A stretch of DNA of 63,900 nucleotides, the filler included, from Octopus bimaculoides (lineage: Eukaryota), in NCBI RefSeq assembly GCF_001194135.2. It is 11 parts of 10 records of this genome, joined end to end, with 100 filler letters (N's around TTAATTAATTAA, not from the genome) between each part and the next. Parts side by side here need not be neighbours in the genome. Positions count along the whole stretch, not along the records: positions 34,764 to 39,676 come from NC_069004.1; positions 39,777 to 41,609 come from NW_026320377.1; positions 41,710 to 51,517 come from NC_068981.1; positions 51,618 to 58,084 come from NW_026325913.1; 7 more parts are not named here. One strand, written 5' to 3'. Shown in pieces: positions 38,557-53,441 of the stretch. Position numbers and translations under genes: made by a program. Position 1 is the stretch's first letter. Each line of letters starts with the position of its first letter. The notes below the pieces were generated by a model that was not told where the DNA came from, searched no databases, and was given only the letters and a program-made list of their open reading frames with translations.

Positions 38557-39139
38557 TTCTCTCTCTATCTATCTAGCTATCTATCTAGCTACCTATCTAT
38601 TTCTCCCCCTCTCTCTCTCTATCTCTCTCTCTCCCTCTCCCTATCTCTCACTCTTTCTTTCTTTCTATCTCTCTTCCTCCCTCTCTCTATCTAGCTATCT
38701 CTATCTCTCCCACTCTCTCTCTTTCACTCTCTCTCTTTCACTCTCTTTCTTTCACTCTCTCTCTGTCTGTTTCTCTCTCTCTCTCTCTATCTCAGTCTGT
38801 TTTTCTCTCTCTCTTTCTCTCTCTACCTATCTATTTGTCCATCCATCCTGCTATGCGTCTATCCGTCCGTTCGTCTGTCTGTCCGTCTGTCTGTCCGTCT
38901 GTCAGTGTATCTATGCATCTCTCCATCCATCTATCCACCCAGCCACCCAGCCACCCAACCAACAAACAAACAAGCCGGCCAACATCCCTCTACCCAAACA
39001 AAACATAATCAACGACCTAACCATATAACAAACCAATCACCGAACAGTTGATTAAGAAAGGAAGAAAAAAAAACTCATTCTCAAATAAATATGATAATGA
39101 TGTTAATTACTTTAAATCTACCAAAATATTCAACATCAA

Positions 39140-39191
<52 letters not shown>

Positions 39192-39628
39192 TTCTGTGAT
39201 TAATCCAAGTCTTTCCTAAGAGAGGATGGCTGTGTTGTTGTTGTTGTTGTTGTTGTGATCATTGCGGTTCGCCCCCTGCACACCGCCGTCTCGGTTTTTC
39301 TTCTTTAATCAGTAGATTCACAACAAAGGACTGAAAAATAAACATTTTGTTTGTTGATATTTTATTTGTTTTTGGTTCATCTTCGCTAAGAGCAGTGGCA
39401 AAGTTTCTGTGAGGTTCTTCAGATTATTGTTGTTGTTGTTGTTGTTGTCGTTGTTGTTATTATTATTATTATTATTATTATTAAGGCAGCGAGCTGTCAG
39501 AATGTATATATGTGTATGTGTATATGTACGAGAACATGTATATCTCTGTGTAAGTGTGTTCTCACTCTCTCTGTATATATCTAGAGAAAGAGAGTGAGAG
39601 AGTGAGAGGGAGATGAATATATACATAC

Positions 39629-39672
<44 letters not shown>

Positions 39673-40418
39673 AGAGNNNNNNNNNNNNNNNNNNNNNNNN
39701 NNNNNNNNNNNNNNNNNNNNTTAATTAATTAANNNNNNNNNNNNNNNNNNNNNNNNNNNNNNNNNNNNNNNNNNNNATATATATATATATATATACACTT
39801 ATATGTTGAATGCACACTTATACATATGTATATAGATAGTCGTACGTAGGTGATGTGGATTTCTATACGATTATGTATGTGCTTCTGAAAAGCTCCACGT
39901 TTATCTGTGTTCGAAAGGAAAACGTTATGTAGTTTGTATATTTGTCTCTCTTACTCTCTCTCACTGTTTATATGTGTGTCTCTGTGTGTGTGTACACCTT
40001 GACGGTTACAATTGTGTTGTTATGAGTCTTTGTAAGAGTATACTCACACTAGAAAGTAATTATATTGTTATATTTTGTATATGCAGACCTGAAGTCACGG
40101 GCGAAGGAATTAGACTAATGTTAAGTCTGACATTGTATCTATACACGTATCTAGATATACTTATATATGTGGGTGTGTACGTATTCACATACGTATACAT
40201 ATGCGAAGATAAATATTTAGATCGCCTAATAAGCAATCATAACTTTTGTTCACACTTGTAAATAAGCGGTTCACACGCACACACACATTTGTATGCTATA
40301 TATATATAAATTATATTCGTATATGTATATATTATCGATATACTTTTCAATAGATACATGTAGCACACTCACAGTTATGTATATGCGTATGTATGCATTA
40401 TATATATATATGTATATG

Positions 40419-40509
<91 letters not shown>

Positions 40510-41310
40510 NNNNNNNNNNNNNNNNNNNNNNNNNNNNNNNNNNNNNNNNNNNNNNNNNNNNNNNNNNNNNNNNNNNNNNNNNNNNNNNNNNNNNNNNNNN
40601 NNNNNNNNNNNNNNNNNNNNNNNNNNNNNNNNNNNNNNNNNNNNNNNNNNNNNNNNNNNNNNNNNNNNNNNNNNNNNNNNNNNNNNNNNNNNNNNNNNNN
40701 NNNNNNNNNNNNNNNNNNNNNNNNNNNNNNNNNNNNNNNNNNNNNNNNNNNNNNNNNNNNNNNNNNNNNNNNNNNNNNNNNNNNNNNNNNNNNNNNNNNN
40801 NNNNNNNNNNNNNNNNNNNNNNNNNNNNNNNNNNNNNNNNNNNNNNNNNNNNNNNNNNNNNNNNNNNNNNNNNNNNNNNNNNNNNNNNNNNNNNNNNNNN
40901 NNNNNNNNNNNNNNNNNNNNNNNNNNNNNNNNNNNNNNNNNNNNNNNNNNNNNNNNNNNNNNNNNNNNNNNNNNNNNNNNNNNNNNNNNNNNNNNNNNNN
41001 NNNNNNNNNNNNNNNNNNNNNNNNNNNNNNNNNNNNNNNNNNNNNNNNNNNNNNNNNNNNNNNNNNNNNNNNNNNNNNNNNNNNNNNNNNNNNNNNNNNN
41101 NNNNNNNNNNNNNNNNNNNNNNNNNNNNNNNNNNNNNNNNNNNNNNNNNNNNNNNNNNNNNNNNNNNNNNNNNNNNNNNNNNNNNNNNNNNNNNNNNNNN
41201 NNNNNNNNNNNNNNNNNNNNNNNNNNNNNNNNNNNNNNNNNNNNNNNNNNNNNNNNNNNNNNNNNNNNNNNNNNNNNNNNNNNNNNNNNNNNNNNNNNNN
41301 NNNNNNNNNN

Positions 41311-41365
<55 letters not shown>

Positions 41366-41709
41366 GTATATATATATGTATATATATATATATATGTATG
41401 TATATATATATAGTTGTGCAAAATATGTCAAACACAGTCTTAGTGACACTATGTCCAAAATTCCACTCTCATTTTGCTCATATCTATGTCTGTCTGTCTG
41501 TCTTTCTCTCTCTCTCCCTTTCTCTCTATCTGTATACATGTATATATGTATATGTCTTAATCATATATATATGTATATATATAGACACACACATACATAT
41601 ATACATATANNNNNNNNNNNNNNNNNNNNNNNNNNNNNNNNNNNNNNNNNNNNTTAATTAATTAANNNNNNNNNNNNNNNNNNNNNNNNNNNNNNNNNNN
41701 NNNNNNNNN

Positions 41710-41743
<34 letters not shown>

Positions 41744-42002
41744 AGTTTTAGAAACCATTAGAATCAAGGTACATCAACACAAAGGACGCCAGAAACGGCG
41801 AGGTACAATAACCTAGATATTCACACTGAAGTAAAACAACAATGAAGGTATCATGTGTTGGTAGGATACTGTAGGTATGTAAGTACCAAAGTTCAATTAA
41901 AACCGTGCATCCGACTCAGAGCTTGTTCTAAGTGCGGTATAGGTATAAAAAAGAACAGAAATTTGTGTGCTTTATATACATACATAGATACACAGACACA
42001 CG

Positions 42003-42046
<44 letters not shown>

Positions 42047-42254
42047 ACACACACACACACACACANNNNNNNNNNNNNNNNNNNNNNNNNNNNNNNNNNN
42101 NNNNNNNNNNNNNNNNNNNNNNNNNNNNNNNNNNNNNNNNNNNNNNNNNNNNNNNNNNNNNNNNNNNNNNNNNNNNNNNNNNNNNNNNNNNNNNNNNNNN
42201 NNNNNNNNNNNNNNNNNNNNNNNNNNNNNNNNNNNNNNNNNNNNNNNNNNNNNN

Positions 42255-42292
<38 letters not shown>

Positions 42293-42839
42293 TTCAATAC
42301 GTATATGTATGCATCTATCTATATGAAAGAAGGAAGATGGAATATACGAGAATTTTGTTATTAATCACGACAATTGTTTTGACACTTCTAGCATCGATCC
42401 CTCATGGGTGGGACACTTAAGTGGTTCAGGTGCGTCCAGCAGTGCAGATATCTCATCGGTTGATAAATAGGTACAACTCGTTAAAATAACAGTTCCGCAA
42501 TGTATATTCTTATTTCGTAGAAAGAAAAGCAGCAAAATGAAAGAAATATCTTCATTTATATAGGAGATCAAAAATGAAATCACAGATGCAAAAGAGAAAC
42601 GAACACGAAAAACAGCGAGAAAAGCATTAAGAATAACCGTTGATAGATATGGATTTATAAACGCCCCCACGCAAGTTGCATGGCGCATGCACACTCGCTC
42701 ATACAAGCATCCGCACACGTGTGGTTTGGTGCACTCACGATCACAAAGAGAGTTAAATAGGTACTTGGTATTTATAAGAATGGGAAAGTTAAAGCTAAAC
42801 TTAATTCAACCATACCTTAAAGCAAATTATAATAACAGT

Positions 42840-43680
42840 TACTCAAATTGATTCCCACTGCATTGTGCGAAAGTACATTTATATGCGTGTAGGCATCTTG
42901 AGAGTTTTTCAGAAATTCTATTCTCATTGGTCCACAGAATAGACAGGGATTCCTCGGAGCAGAGTCGGCATCTCCTGGAAATGATGTTGTATGATTTTGC
43001 GTGCCTCACTATGGACAACGTTCGGTTGTACTTAATTTTATTTTCTTCAGTCGTCATTCAAAATCGGTCCAAGATGTTGAATGTCTATTGATTCTCTTGA
43101 AGCTGGTGAAATAGTTGCGATAACGATTCTTAAATGAATCAGCCGTATGCCTAATGTAAACATACGGCCCTCCCCTTGTGTGCACGATACGTTTATATAC
43201 CAGATTTGTACTCATACAGGTAGTCATCAATGTGTATTTTGATTTTTCTCTGCAAGAGCATTTATCATATTTATTTGTATATAGTAGTACTGCCGATTTC
43301 ATTTTCCAACTTTGTTACTGTGTTAGCTACATCATGCAATTCTACTATTACAAATTGGCCTTAATTGGTGCTTTTCATAGCGATTTACATCTCTTTGTTG
43401 GTATTTAGATGCATATATTCGCTAGGTCCAGTAGGTGGGTTATTGAACTGTTGTCGCATTCTACTATTGTTTATGTGATGCATAAGCTACTCTAAATTAG
43501 TAGAGTTAGCATAGCATACCCTCACAGTGTTCCGATTAAAAGTAGCATGATATCGATTAGATTCAGGAAAACATTTGTCAAAAGCGGCAAAAAATTTTCC
43601 AGCAATCTTGATTGAAACATACGAACCGAAAATCGTGTTGAACCAGATGATATCCTGATTCCTATATCATTGCTTTCGTC
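42840..43680 (-). mobile_element. Penelope-like element C-terminal remnant (RT thumb plus GIY-YIG endonuclease)
   Basis: Minus strand: DIIWFNTIFGSYVSIKIAGKFFAAFDKCFP...FNRNTVR; CSCREK...TNLVYK...YIRHTADSFKNRYRNY; SYNIISRRCRLCSEESLSIL...SRCLH. Confidence 0.85.
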
Positions 43681-45731
43681 TTCATCTTATAAATGTATTC
43701 TTTTCTTGAAGATTTTAATAAACAAATTACACAGAGAAAGCTCGGCAGCCATCTCCGCAATAATAAACACTGATATGTGTGTATGGCGTATTTTAGTGTG
43801 ATGCGTCTTTGAATGTGTTTGTGTGAACGAATGTGAGTGTGCGCGTGCGAGCATGTGATATAAACGTATATATGCATGTGTGCTGAAGAAGTTTATTAAG
43901 AAAGAAGTATATATTCACTGCTGTCCTCTGGTCTCCCGATAATCAGAATGCTTTTCCTTGATAACATATGAATTTTGAAGAATATATCTTTTATCTTCTA
44001 TTTTTTACTTGTTTCAGTCATTTGAGTGCGGCTATGCTGTGGCACCGCCTTGAAATTTCAGTCGGATTTTGAAACCTTTACGTAGGCCTCTGGCCAAATT
44101 TGATACAGATTTTCTGCTCGACTTTCTCTGTCATGGTCAATGCTACACACCTACATTACAAGCACTGCTATAAAGAGCGGAAGATAGCTAGAACGTTGAA
44201 CTTAGTGCGCATGAACAGTAGAGTTCAAGGTCAGTCTGTGCTAAGCGGCTTCAGTCTCCGTGTTTTAGCTTCGTTACTATAGCAACAGTCTTGATATTTA
44301 TTGATTGATCAGACGACGTATGTATCGCCTGGCAAACTCGTAATGTTTACCAAAGAACGACTTGCCAGTGAAAGAAGCTTCTATGAATTTTACAAGGTGG
44401 GAAACATATTTTTCCAGCATATCATGTGCTGAATTATGTCAGCTCTCTTATATATGGAGTGTTTTTCCCGAGGACTATTGTAACCGAACACAATAACTTA
44501 AGAACGTCTCTGTCAAGTAAGATTATTCACTTCCTCCGAACAGTTGTGAATTTTGCACTTTAAATTCTTATAAATCTTGTACTATGAGATGTTGAAACTA
44601 ACGCTTGCGGACTAAATTTGTACAGGAATAAAAAAACCTTTATATGTTACTTTTTCTAATGGCGTAAGCACAGCTATTTTGTTAAAATTTCATGATTTAT
44701 GTGAACACTTCTTTACTAGCTTACCAATTCTAGTGACTATCACCAAAGATAACTAAGGCAACTCATTTTTTCTCTGGTTATCAGATATCTGTTGAAGCAA
44801 TCTTCTCTAATTACACTAGCTAAAAAGAATGTAAAAAATCTGCCTTGTCCATGGGCTACAATTAAAGAAGACAGGCATAATAATTGCGCAGAGACATGAG
44901 GTTATTCAGCAGATGTTAATACATTTTGGGGCCTGACAGGGTGTTATTAACAAGGAGGACGGATCCGGAGTACATCAGCCTTTGGGTGATTAGATAAGTA
45001 GCTGTGATCAATTGATCAAAGAAATCTTAACCTTGACAGATCATTAGAGTATAAATTTGACATTTACAACATTCTCTGATTGTTTCTCTTTACATTCTAA
45101 AGTTCACCGTTTCATGACTTAGACATCATTATATTTAGTTTATCTTATTATATTGACTTATTTATTTATTTTGCCTGTATATTTCATTCTTTTAGGTGGG
45201 TGATGTTTATTTTGACATCAGCGTCGACAGCAACTTTCAAAGTCTCTCAATACTCACCACAGTGTTATTTCTTTTTATTCTTTACTTTAAACTGCTCCTG
45301 TTCACTCAAATTCCACCTCACATAGCTCTGTGATTTGCTTTTTTAATAGTCTTATTTCGATAGTTCTTTACTTTTTCTCCTTTTTTTTTCTTTGAAATAT
45401 TCTTCGAGATATCTTCAGAAAATTATTCTTATTACTTTCAACCATATTTTTAGTTTCTTTTTCTTGTAGTCTTTCTTTCTTTTTGAGCTTCTTTTCTTAC
45501 TATCAGTATCTTTAGTGCAATGTTTATCCGCTTTTTTATCTGTTTATTTTTTTCTTTCTAATTTATCTACTTATCAACTCATCAATTTCTATAAATGTTT
45601 CTTTTCATATTTCTATCCATATCTACCCCGAACTCCTCTCTTAATATTCCTTACATATACATACATACATATATACATACACACACCCACACACATATAT
45701 GTAAATATATATATATTTATATATTTGTATG

Positions 45732-45763
<32 letters not shown>

Positions 45764-45919
45764 CATATACATATATATGTATACATATATATAAGTATAT
45801 ATATATGCATTTATATATATTTATACATATATGTATATGCATATAATTATATACATATATATATATACAGATATATATAAATATATATATATGCATTTAT
45901 ATATATCTATATATATATG

Positions 45920-45951
<32 letters not shown>

Positions 45952-46058
45952 TATATGCATATATAAATATTTGTATATGCATATATATATACATATATAT
46001 ACATACATTCATATATATATATATACATACTCATATATATACATTCATAAATATATAC

Positions 46059-46215
<157 letters not shown>

Positions 46216-47099
46216 TATATACACTATATATATCTGTGTGCATGTATATATGTGTGTGTATGTACGAATGTATTTTTTTGCGTACTTTCGTATGTATGTG
46301 TACGTATGTATGTAGGCATGCATATGCCTACTGTGTTTTTATCTATCTATCTGTCTTTTTATGTTAAAAACAATTATTAGTAACTATCTTTTTTTCCTTG
46401 ACTTCCAATCTATATATCTCTAACTTTCTGTATTTATTCAATTATTCAATTATTTGAAGTATTGTCTGATCAAGAAAACACAAACTAATGAATAGCTAAA
46501 GATATGGCTAAAAATTTCAGTTAAAGCCATAAAGAGAAAAATGAAGGAAAGAAGAAAGAAAATTTAAAGAGAGGGAAAATAAATGAAAAAATAATATGTG
46601 GTGATTAGTTTCATTTTTGCTTTGTGAAGTGCTCTTCAGCAATACATCAAAGGTTGCAAATATCAACAATGGTTAAAGAGAGATATATATAAAGAGTAAG
46701 GGAGAAACGGAAAATAAGAAAATGGCGGGAGATGATGGATAAGAAATTATAACTAAAGACAAAGAATATGTTGCATATGTAAGCACTTTGAGACAATATG
46801 AAAATTGGAAAAAAAAATTTAGAAATTTCCTATTAGTATCTGATCTTTAAAAATATATGAATGTCACAAAGTCTTGTCTTCATTGGATAGCAGAATCTTT
46901 GGAAAGTTGGGCAAAATACTTTAATTAGGATACTTTGAATAATGGGTTTAAATGCTTAGGGTGGTAGCGTCTTTACTTTTCTCCTTTCAAGAGACAATAG
47001 AATAAAGAACTGCTCAAGTGATGGAAACGACTCAGTCGGCTAAACCCGTCCCTTCAAAATTAGCAGACTATTATCATTGTCGTTCTCGTTCTTGATGTT

Positions 47100-48780
47100 G
47101 ATTACCTAGTTAAGGCGTTTTAAGTCTATGGGTCAAATTTTGGCGAATTTTACAAGAATCGGATTACTATTGATGTTTTTTATTGTGATGAATTAAACGT
47201 TTACATTTCTCCTCTTTCTTGGCAAATCTATAGAAAAGAGATATAAAAATATCTTTCGTTAGCCAACATTAATACAAACTGTCGACTAGACACGCCTTCT
47301 CAAAGAACAAAATCATTTCACAGATAACAAACAACCACTGAGAAAATAAAAGGAAAATCCGAACACTGGGAAAAAATTATTACATATCTAGACTTTCTAA
47401 TACAAATAACATTTTATTTGAAAACTGGCCAACTCTAACAATGGTGACAATAGCAACTCTTAGTTATTCACAAATATGATTCTCAGAAAGTTTGCTTGGT
47501 CCCCGAAACTCGTTATTCTCGTTCGCTAGATCAAACATCTTCACAAGGATGGTGAACATCCTGAAATCATTTGTGCAACGATACTATTGTGCATAAAAGT
47601 AGAGAAGTACCTCACAATTACTATTAACTTCTTAATTGACGTGAACTTCCTCAATATTAGAAGGCTGCATTGTCACCACAAAGTTCAGGTCAGAACTTTT
47701 CAATACATTATAGTATGTGGATGACTATGATCTAGAAGCTTACACACTGATAGCCAAAGGGGTCAACATTTCAGCAGCTGTTGCTCTCTTGAATGAATAG
47801 ACCTAGTAGTAAATATCCAGAAACCTGATGTGTTCTGTCAACTGCACACTGTAACACATACAGTAGTTCTCACTTCCCACTAATTTCTAGGTAGAACAGC
47901 ATCGACTAGATACAGTTTTCTGTTTCAAGCATTAAGACAGTATGATTTCTGATGACTGTAAACGGATGGAAAATTTAAAACCATCTGATGCCTCTGTATT
48001 TTTTGGAAGACACAGAAAGAGGTCCTTTTAAACAGACTCTGTATCAAAATATTTGCCCATTGGCAGCCGACGTCTACGCTTCTATATATGCCGAAGACAA
48101 GAACGCTATAAAATTCTGGAGGACCTTAACATCCACTGTCTCTGGAGAATTCTTTGAGTCATTTCGCAGAATTCATTGGACTCACAGAAATATTTAATCA
48201 AACAAGGCGGCGAGCTGGCAGAAACGTTAGTACGCCGGGCGAAATGCTTAGCGGTATTTCGTTTGCCTTTATATTCTGAGTTCATATTCCGCCGAGGTCA
48301 ACTTTGCCTTCCATCCTATCGGAATCGATAGATTAAGTAGCAGTTGCGTACTGGGGTCGACCTAATCGACTGGCCTCCTCCCACAAAATTTCGGGCATTG
48401 TGCCTAGAATATAAAAGAGAAATATTTAATCAAATTATCACTTGCGTCATTGAATCCACTCTAAACAGATATCAGTGGAGTAGATTTCTATGTAGTGCAC
48501 ATCTTCTGTCGTAGATTTCTATACAAGCACAACACGATGATAAACGGCTGGCTGGAAGCCTAAAGAAGATGTTCAAAGACCAGCTGAAAGCCACTTTGGA
48601 GAGGAATAATATTTAGCCTTTAAATGTCAGACATCATTGACTACTATACATTTGATAGTCTTATTGTTAAAGGCTGGTTGAATAGGTAGAGAGAAGCGCA
48701 CAGGCAACAGCAGAAGAAAGGAGAAAAGGTTATAAACGCATTTACTACTGGTCACACCAGTGAAACATTTACAGGCCTCA
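47100..48780 (+). mobile_element. Highly degenerate RTE-BovB-like RT region interrupted by a SINE
   Basis: Traces MVNILKSF, YVDDYDLEAY (~47713), VNIQKPDVFCQ and KKMFKDQLKATL; many stops. Confidence 0.6.
48203..48417 (+). mobile_element. Full-length SINE family B with 17-bp target-site duplication
   Basis: agaaatatttaatcaaa at 48186-48202 and 48418-48434. Confidence 0.92.
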
Positions 48781-49720
48781 TCTTCCATCAGAGCTGTACG
48801 TCAGAGAGCTGAACATCAAACGATCTATATATGAAGGTGGTGAGCATCATTAGTTTCAACAAACAACCATAACTCAGTGTATCACCTGGTCCTTTCGTGC
48901 TTTTAGTTGAGATCACACTGTTGCAAGCATTCGTTACGCACCACTATTCTTTCACCGCTTTCTTATGGGAATTATTTGCGAGCTGTTATGCTCTTCTGAG
49001 CAATATTTGTAAGAAAGAAGAAACGATTCAATCCAACTCACATAACTAATTGCAAACTCATTTGGATATATATTATTAACATATGTCGATTCTTTATTTA
49101 CCTTACTGTTTCCCTGTATAAATATACAAGAATATAGATGTTTTATATACATACCAATCTCTCTCAATATATATATAAATATATACATATATACATATAT
49201 TTTGAGATGGTCATTTTTTTTGCCATATACACACACACATACATATACTTATATTTGTACTTTTATACATTCATATTGAAATATATCGCTATATCTAGGT
49301 ATATCTATACGTCCACCTCTTTATGTATCTATATAGGTATATATTTATGCGAGTATATATACATATACGCATGTACGTATATAATTATATATTAATTAAA
49401 TGCCTATTGGCTACATACACACCTGTTTCACTTCAACTATTCACTTAGTTACCTTTCATTGCAAGAGAGGTACAGTTGAACATCTGAAGGAAATTTGTTC
49501 CTTCCCCGTTTAAAAAATAAATTCTTACATGTGAAATCATATTCCCCACCAACTGATGAGAGTACCTCGCGGAAAATGTGTTCCACTGTGTTCAGTCTAT
49601 CAAACACACATAACTTATAACGTAATGTATGTATGTATGTATGTACGTACTACGTATGTATGTATGTATGTATGTATGTATGTATGTACGTACGTACGTA
49701 CATACGTACGTATGTATGTA

Positions 49721-50564
49721 TACGCGGTAGTATTAAAACGTTCTGAGACTAGCTTTGTTTAATAAAAAAATAAGTTATCTACCAAAGTTTTAACATCATT
49801 TCCCTTGAAATAGTCAACTTGCAGAGCAATACACAATTCCCAGCGTTCTTGGAACTTTTAGAATCCGGCCTGGAAGTCGTTTTCCATAAGCGACTCAAGA
49901 GCCTTCTGTGATTCGCTCTTGATCTCGACAACAGTATCAAAACGGTGACATTTGAGATTCACTTTCATCTTGTGTAAAAGATGTCAGTCCGCGGAGGTTA
50001 AATCTGGCGAGTTGGGAGGGTGCGGAAGCGTTATGTTGTTTTTGGCGAGAAACTCACGCGTGAGGAGAGCTCAGTGATAGAGGGTGCATTGTCGTCGTGA
50101 CGAATGCAATTCTTCGCGTTGCACTGATCCGATTGCTTTCGCAGAATGTCCTCCGTCAAACTCTGCAAAACATCGATAGTTGTTCTTCGACGATCTGCAT
50201 GCACAAGCTGATGCATTTCTGCACATTTCCAGGGGTGATGCTCATGGCCCTTCCACTCAAAACATTGCTTGCGACCCATCGCTGCGTCACCGTAAGCTTG
50301 TCGAAGCATGTGCAATGTCTCTGTAACAGACTTTCCAAGTTTGGCCCTTTGTTTCAAATTCCTGCCCATGACAAAAAATCTCAGACATCATACACGTGAT
50401 CACAAAAACACAACTATCAAGACTTGCGAAGTAAACACAGGGATGTCACTCGGTACACTGATTGATGAAGGTTGCTGCTAGCTCCCACTGTGCACACAAC
50501 CATGTGCTGCCATCTGTTGGCGCGCAACAGAACTAGTCCCGGAACTTTTCGATACCACTTCGTG
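49721..50564 (-). mobile_element. Internally deleted mariner element with degenerate ~32-bp TIRs and TA TSD
   Basis: TIRs tacgcggtagtattaaaacgttctgagactag (49721-49752) and rc cacgaagtggtatcgaaaagttccgggactag (50533-50564), flanked by TA; ORF KLGKSVTETLHMLRQAYGDAAMGRKQCFEW. Confidence 0.88.
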
Positions 50565-50646
50565 TATGTGTTCGTGTATATCTATAAAGAGACAGACAGA
50601 CAGACAGACAGACAGAGACAGAGAGACGCATATATATATCACACAA

Positions 50647-50688
<42 letters not shown>

Positions 50689-51626
50689 GAAATTGTACTG
50701 TTATATATATTCATACATTCTCTTGGGAAACAGGCTGCCTCCCACTATTCCTTTGTTATAGTATTCTTTAACATGCTGTACTTTATAACCTTATCTACCT
50801 CTAATTTCGCAGTTCCAAAAAGGGTTATATCACGTCACGTTCTCTTGACGTTTCTGAATTGTTATGTTATCAAAGCCCTCAGGGAGACTTCACTCACATA
50901 CTAAATTCCTTTTGTGTGTATTCGCTAAGATTTCAGAGATACTTTGTGAATGTCATGTCTTTCTTTTTTCTTCACATTAGACCCTCAGCCAACCCTTCGC
51001 AATGAATTTATCATTTATATGACTGAAGCAAGATTGAATTCTTAAGGCAGATTTTAAACTAAGAATGCAGTGAGTTAGAATAGCAAACTCCTCGGTCTAT
51101 CCATCATTGTGGACGACTAATACTTTACTTATGAATCTCGAAAGAGTGAAAAGTTAACCGTGTTCGGTTTGGAGGCTTATTGTACTGAGAGCAAGAATAA
51201 AATACGCCTCATATTTTAACTCACATGCTACTGACTCTGTCAATGGGCCTTAAAGTACACACACACACGCACGCACGCACGCACACGCACACACACACAC
51301 ACACACACACATATCGATTTCAAATTCTGGCAAAAGTTCAGCAATTTCAGAGTAAGGGGTAAGTCTATTACATCGACTCAAGTGCTCAACTAGTGCCTAT
51401 TTTATTAACCCCGGAAGGATGAAAGGTAAAGTCAACCTTAGTGGAATTTGAACCCAGAACGTAAAGACGGACGAAATGGTGTTAAACATTTTGCACGGCG
51501 TGATAACGATTCTGTCANNNNNNNNNNNNNNNNNNNNNNNNNNNNNNNNNNNNNNNNNNNNTTAATTAATTAANNNNNNNNNNNNNNNNNNNNNNNNNNN
51601 NNNNNNNNNNNNNNNNNTATATATAT

Positions 51627-51832
51627 GGGAGATTATACAAAAAATAACAACAGACGAGGACAGGTGGTGTAAATAACAAAAGTATATATTAGTATGACGC
51701 TCGGGAATACGGAAAGTCTTTGACGTTTCGAGCTACGCTCTTCAACAGAAAGAATACGGAGACAAGGAGAAAAACACGGAGAAAAAAAATTGAATAGTGT
51801 TCAGTCAACGGTCAATCATAATAATGGCCGAT
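51627..51832 (-). mobile_element. ~205-bp HHR-bearing cassette (PLE pLTR/retrozyme-like), abutting (TA)n
   Basis: Near-identical to 63657-63865; diverged copy at 19425. Confidence 0.8.
51718..51752 (-). ncRNA. Minimal type I hammerhead motif, core variant CUGUUGA
   Basis: Minus strand: CUUU CUGUUGA A GAGC gua GCUC GAAA CG UC AAAG. Helix I UCUUU/AAAGA, helix II 4 bp, helix III palindrome ACGU, GUC site; A6 is replaced by U. Confidence 0.7.
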
Positions 51833-53316
51833 CATATATATATAACATTAATAATAATAAGGAAAATTACGAAGTAACAGCAGCATTACCTCTAATTCTT
51901 TTTCATATATAAATACAACCTGCAATAGACCTACACATGTTTCTAGTGCATCGGTTATTAGATAAAAATTATTACCGAATAACTTGTTTTGAATATCTAA
52001 CTGCGAGCAAAGCGGTAAGTATTGGGAGAAATCCCTTACTAATAACCAATATATATAGAGTAATACCTCGCCATCACGCAGTTCACCTATCGTGGTTTGT
52101 TATTTAAGCTTACGTTGACTCCTCTGTGGTGTTGTTTTGCACTTATAATAAAATTAATAAATGCAAATTATAAAAATAACAATAAGAAATATACAGTACA
52201 GTACTGTTTCTACTTCACGGATTTTCACTTAACGCGGGGTATTTAACACTAACACCACGATAATCGTGGCTCAATGGTTAGGGTGTTGGACTCATAATTG
52301 TAAGATTATTGTTTCACTTCCTGGACCGGGTGACACTTTGTGTTCTTGAGCAAAACACTTCATTTAATGTTGCTCCAGTTCACACTACTGATAAAAGTAA
52401 ATAACACTGTGACGGAATGGCGTGCTGTCCTGGTAGGGGAATATATTACGCCATGGAACCAGGAAGGCAGCTTTACTTTAAAAGAGACCTTACGAAGTTT
52501 CAGTAAAAAAATACAATTGTTCTCATCCAGTCATTTTTTTTGTTTTGTTTTNNNNNNNNNNNNNNNNNNNNNNNNNNNNNNNNNNNNNNNNNNNNNNNNN
52601 NNNNNNNNNNNNNNNNNNNNNNNNNNNNNNNNNNNNNNNNNNNNNNNNNNNNNNNNNNNNNNNNNNNNNNNNNNNNNNNNNNNNNNNNNNNNNNNNNNNN
52701 NNNNNNNNNNNNNNNNNNNNNNNNNNNNNNNNNNNNNNNNNNNNNNNNNNNNNNNNNNNNNNNNNNNNNNNNNNNNNNNNNNNNNNNNNNNNNNNNNNNN
52801 NNNNNNNNNNNNNNNNNNNNNNNNNNNNNNNNNNNNNNNNNNNNNNNNNNNNNNNNNNNNNNNNNNNNNNNNNNNNNNNNNNNNNNNNNNNNNNNNNNNN
52901 NNNNNNNNNNNNNNNNNNNNNNNNNNNNNNNNNNNNNNNNNNNNNNNNNNNNNNNNNNNNNNNNNNNNNNNNNNNNNNNNNNNNNNNNNNNNNNNNNNNN
53001 NNNNNNNNNNNNNNNNNNNNNNNNNNNNNNNNNNNNNNNNNNNNNNNNNNNNNNNNNNNNNNNNNNNNNNNNNNNNNNNNNNNNNNNNNNNNNNNNNNNN
53101 NNNNNNNNNNNNNNNNNNNNNNNNNNNNNNNNNNNNNNNNNNNNNNNNNNNNNNNNNNNNNNNNNNNNNNNNNNNNNNNNNNNNNNNNNNNNNNNNNNNN
53201 NNNNNGTCATGTACCCAGTTATGTATCTATATGTACATGTGGATGAACGTATATACATACATGTACATATATATGCATATACTCATATATTGTTTATATA
53301 TATATATATATATATA

Positions 53317-53441
53317 TGTCCTCCTGGGGCTAAAAGCAACAGTAACATCCACCCCTAGGGGTCAGCCACACTTAAGTGGCAATATACTACACTTTATCGT
53401 GCAGTTACTGTTAATACTTCATTTAGAGAATTAACATTGCT
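53317..53441. mobile_element. ~125-bp element inserted in (TA)n
   Basis: (TA)n on both sides; second copy at 16380-16478. Confidence 0.7.

Noticed and set aside
49553-49590. CTGATGA GAG tac CTC gcg GAAA as a hammerhead
   Set aside because: Three extra bases lie before GAAA, and there is no helix III/NUH or helix I partner.
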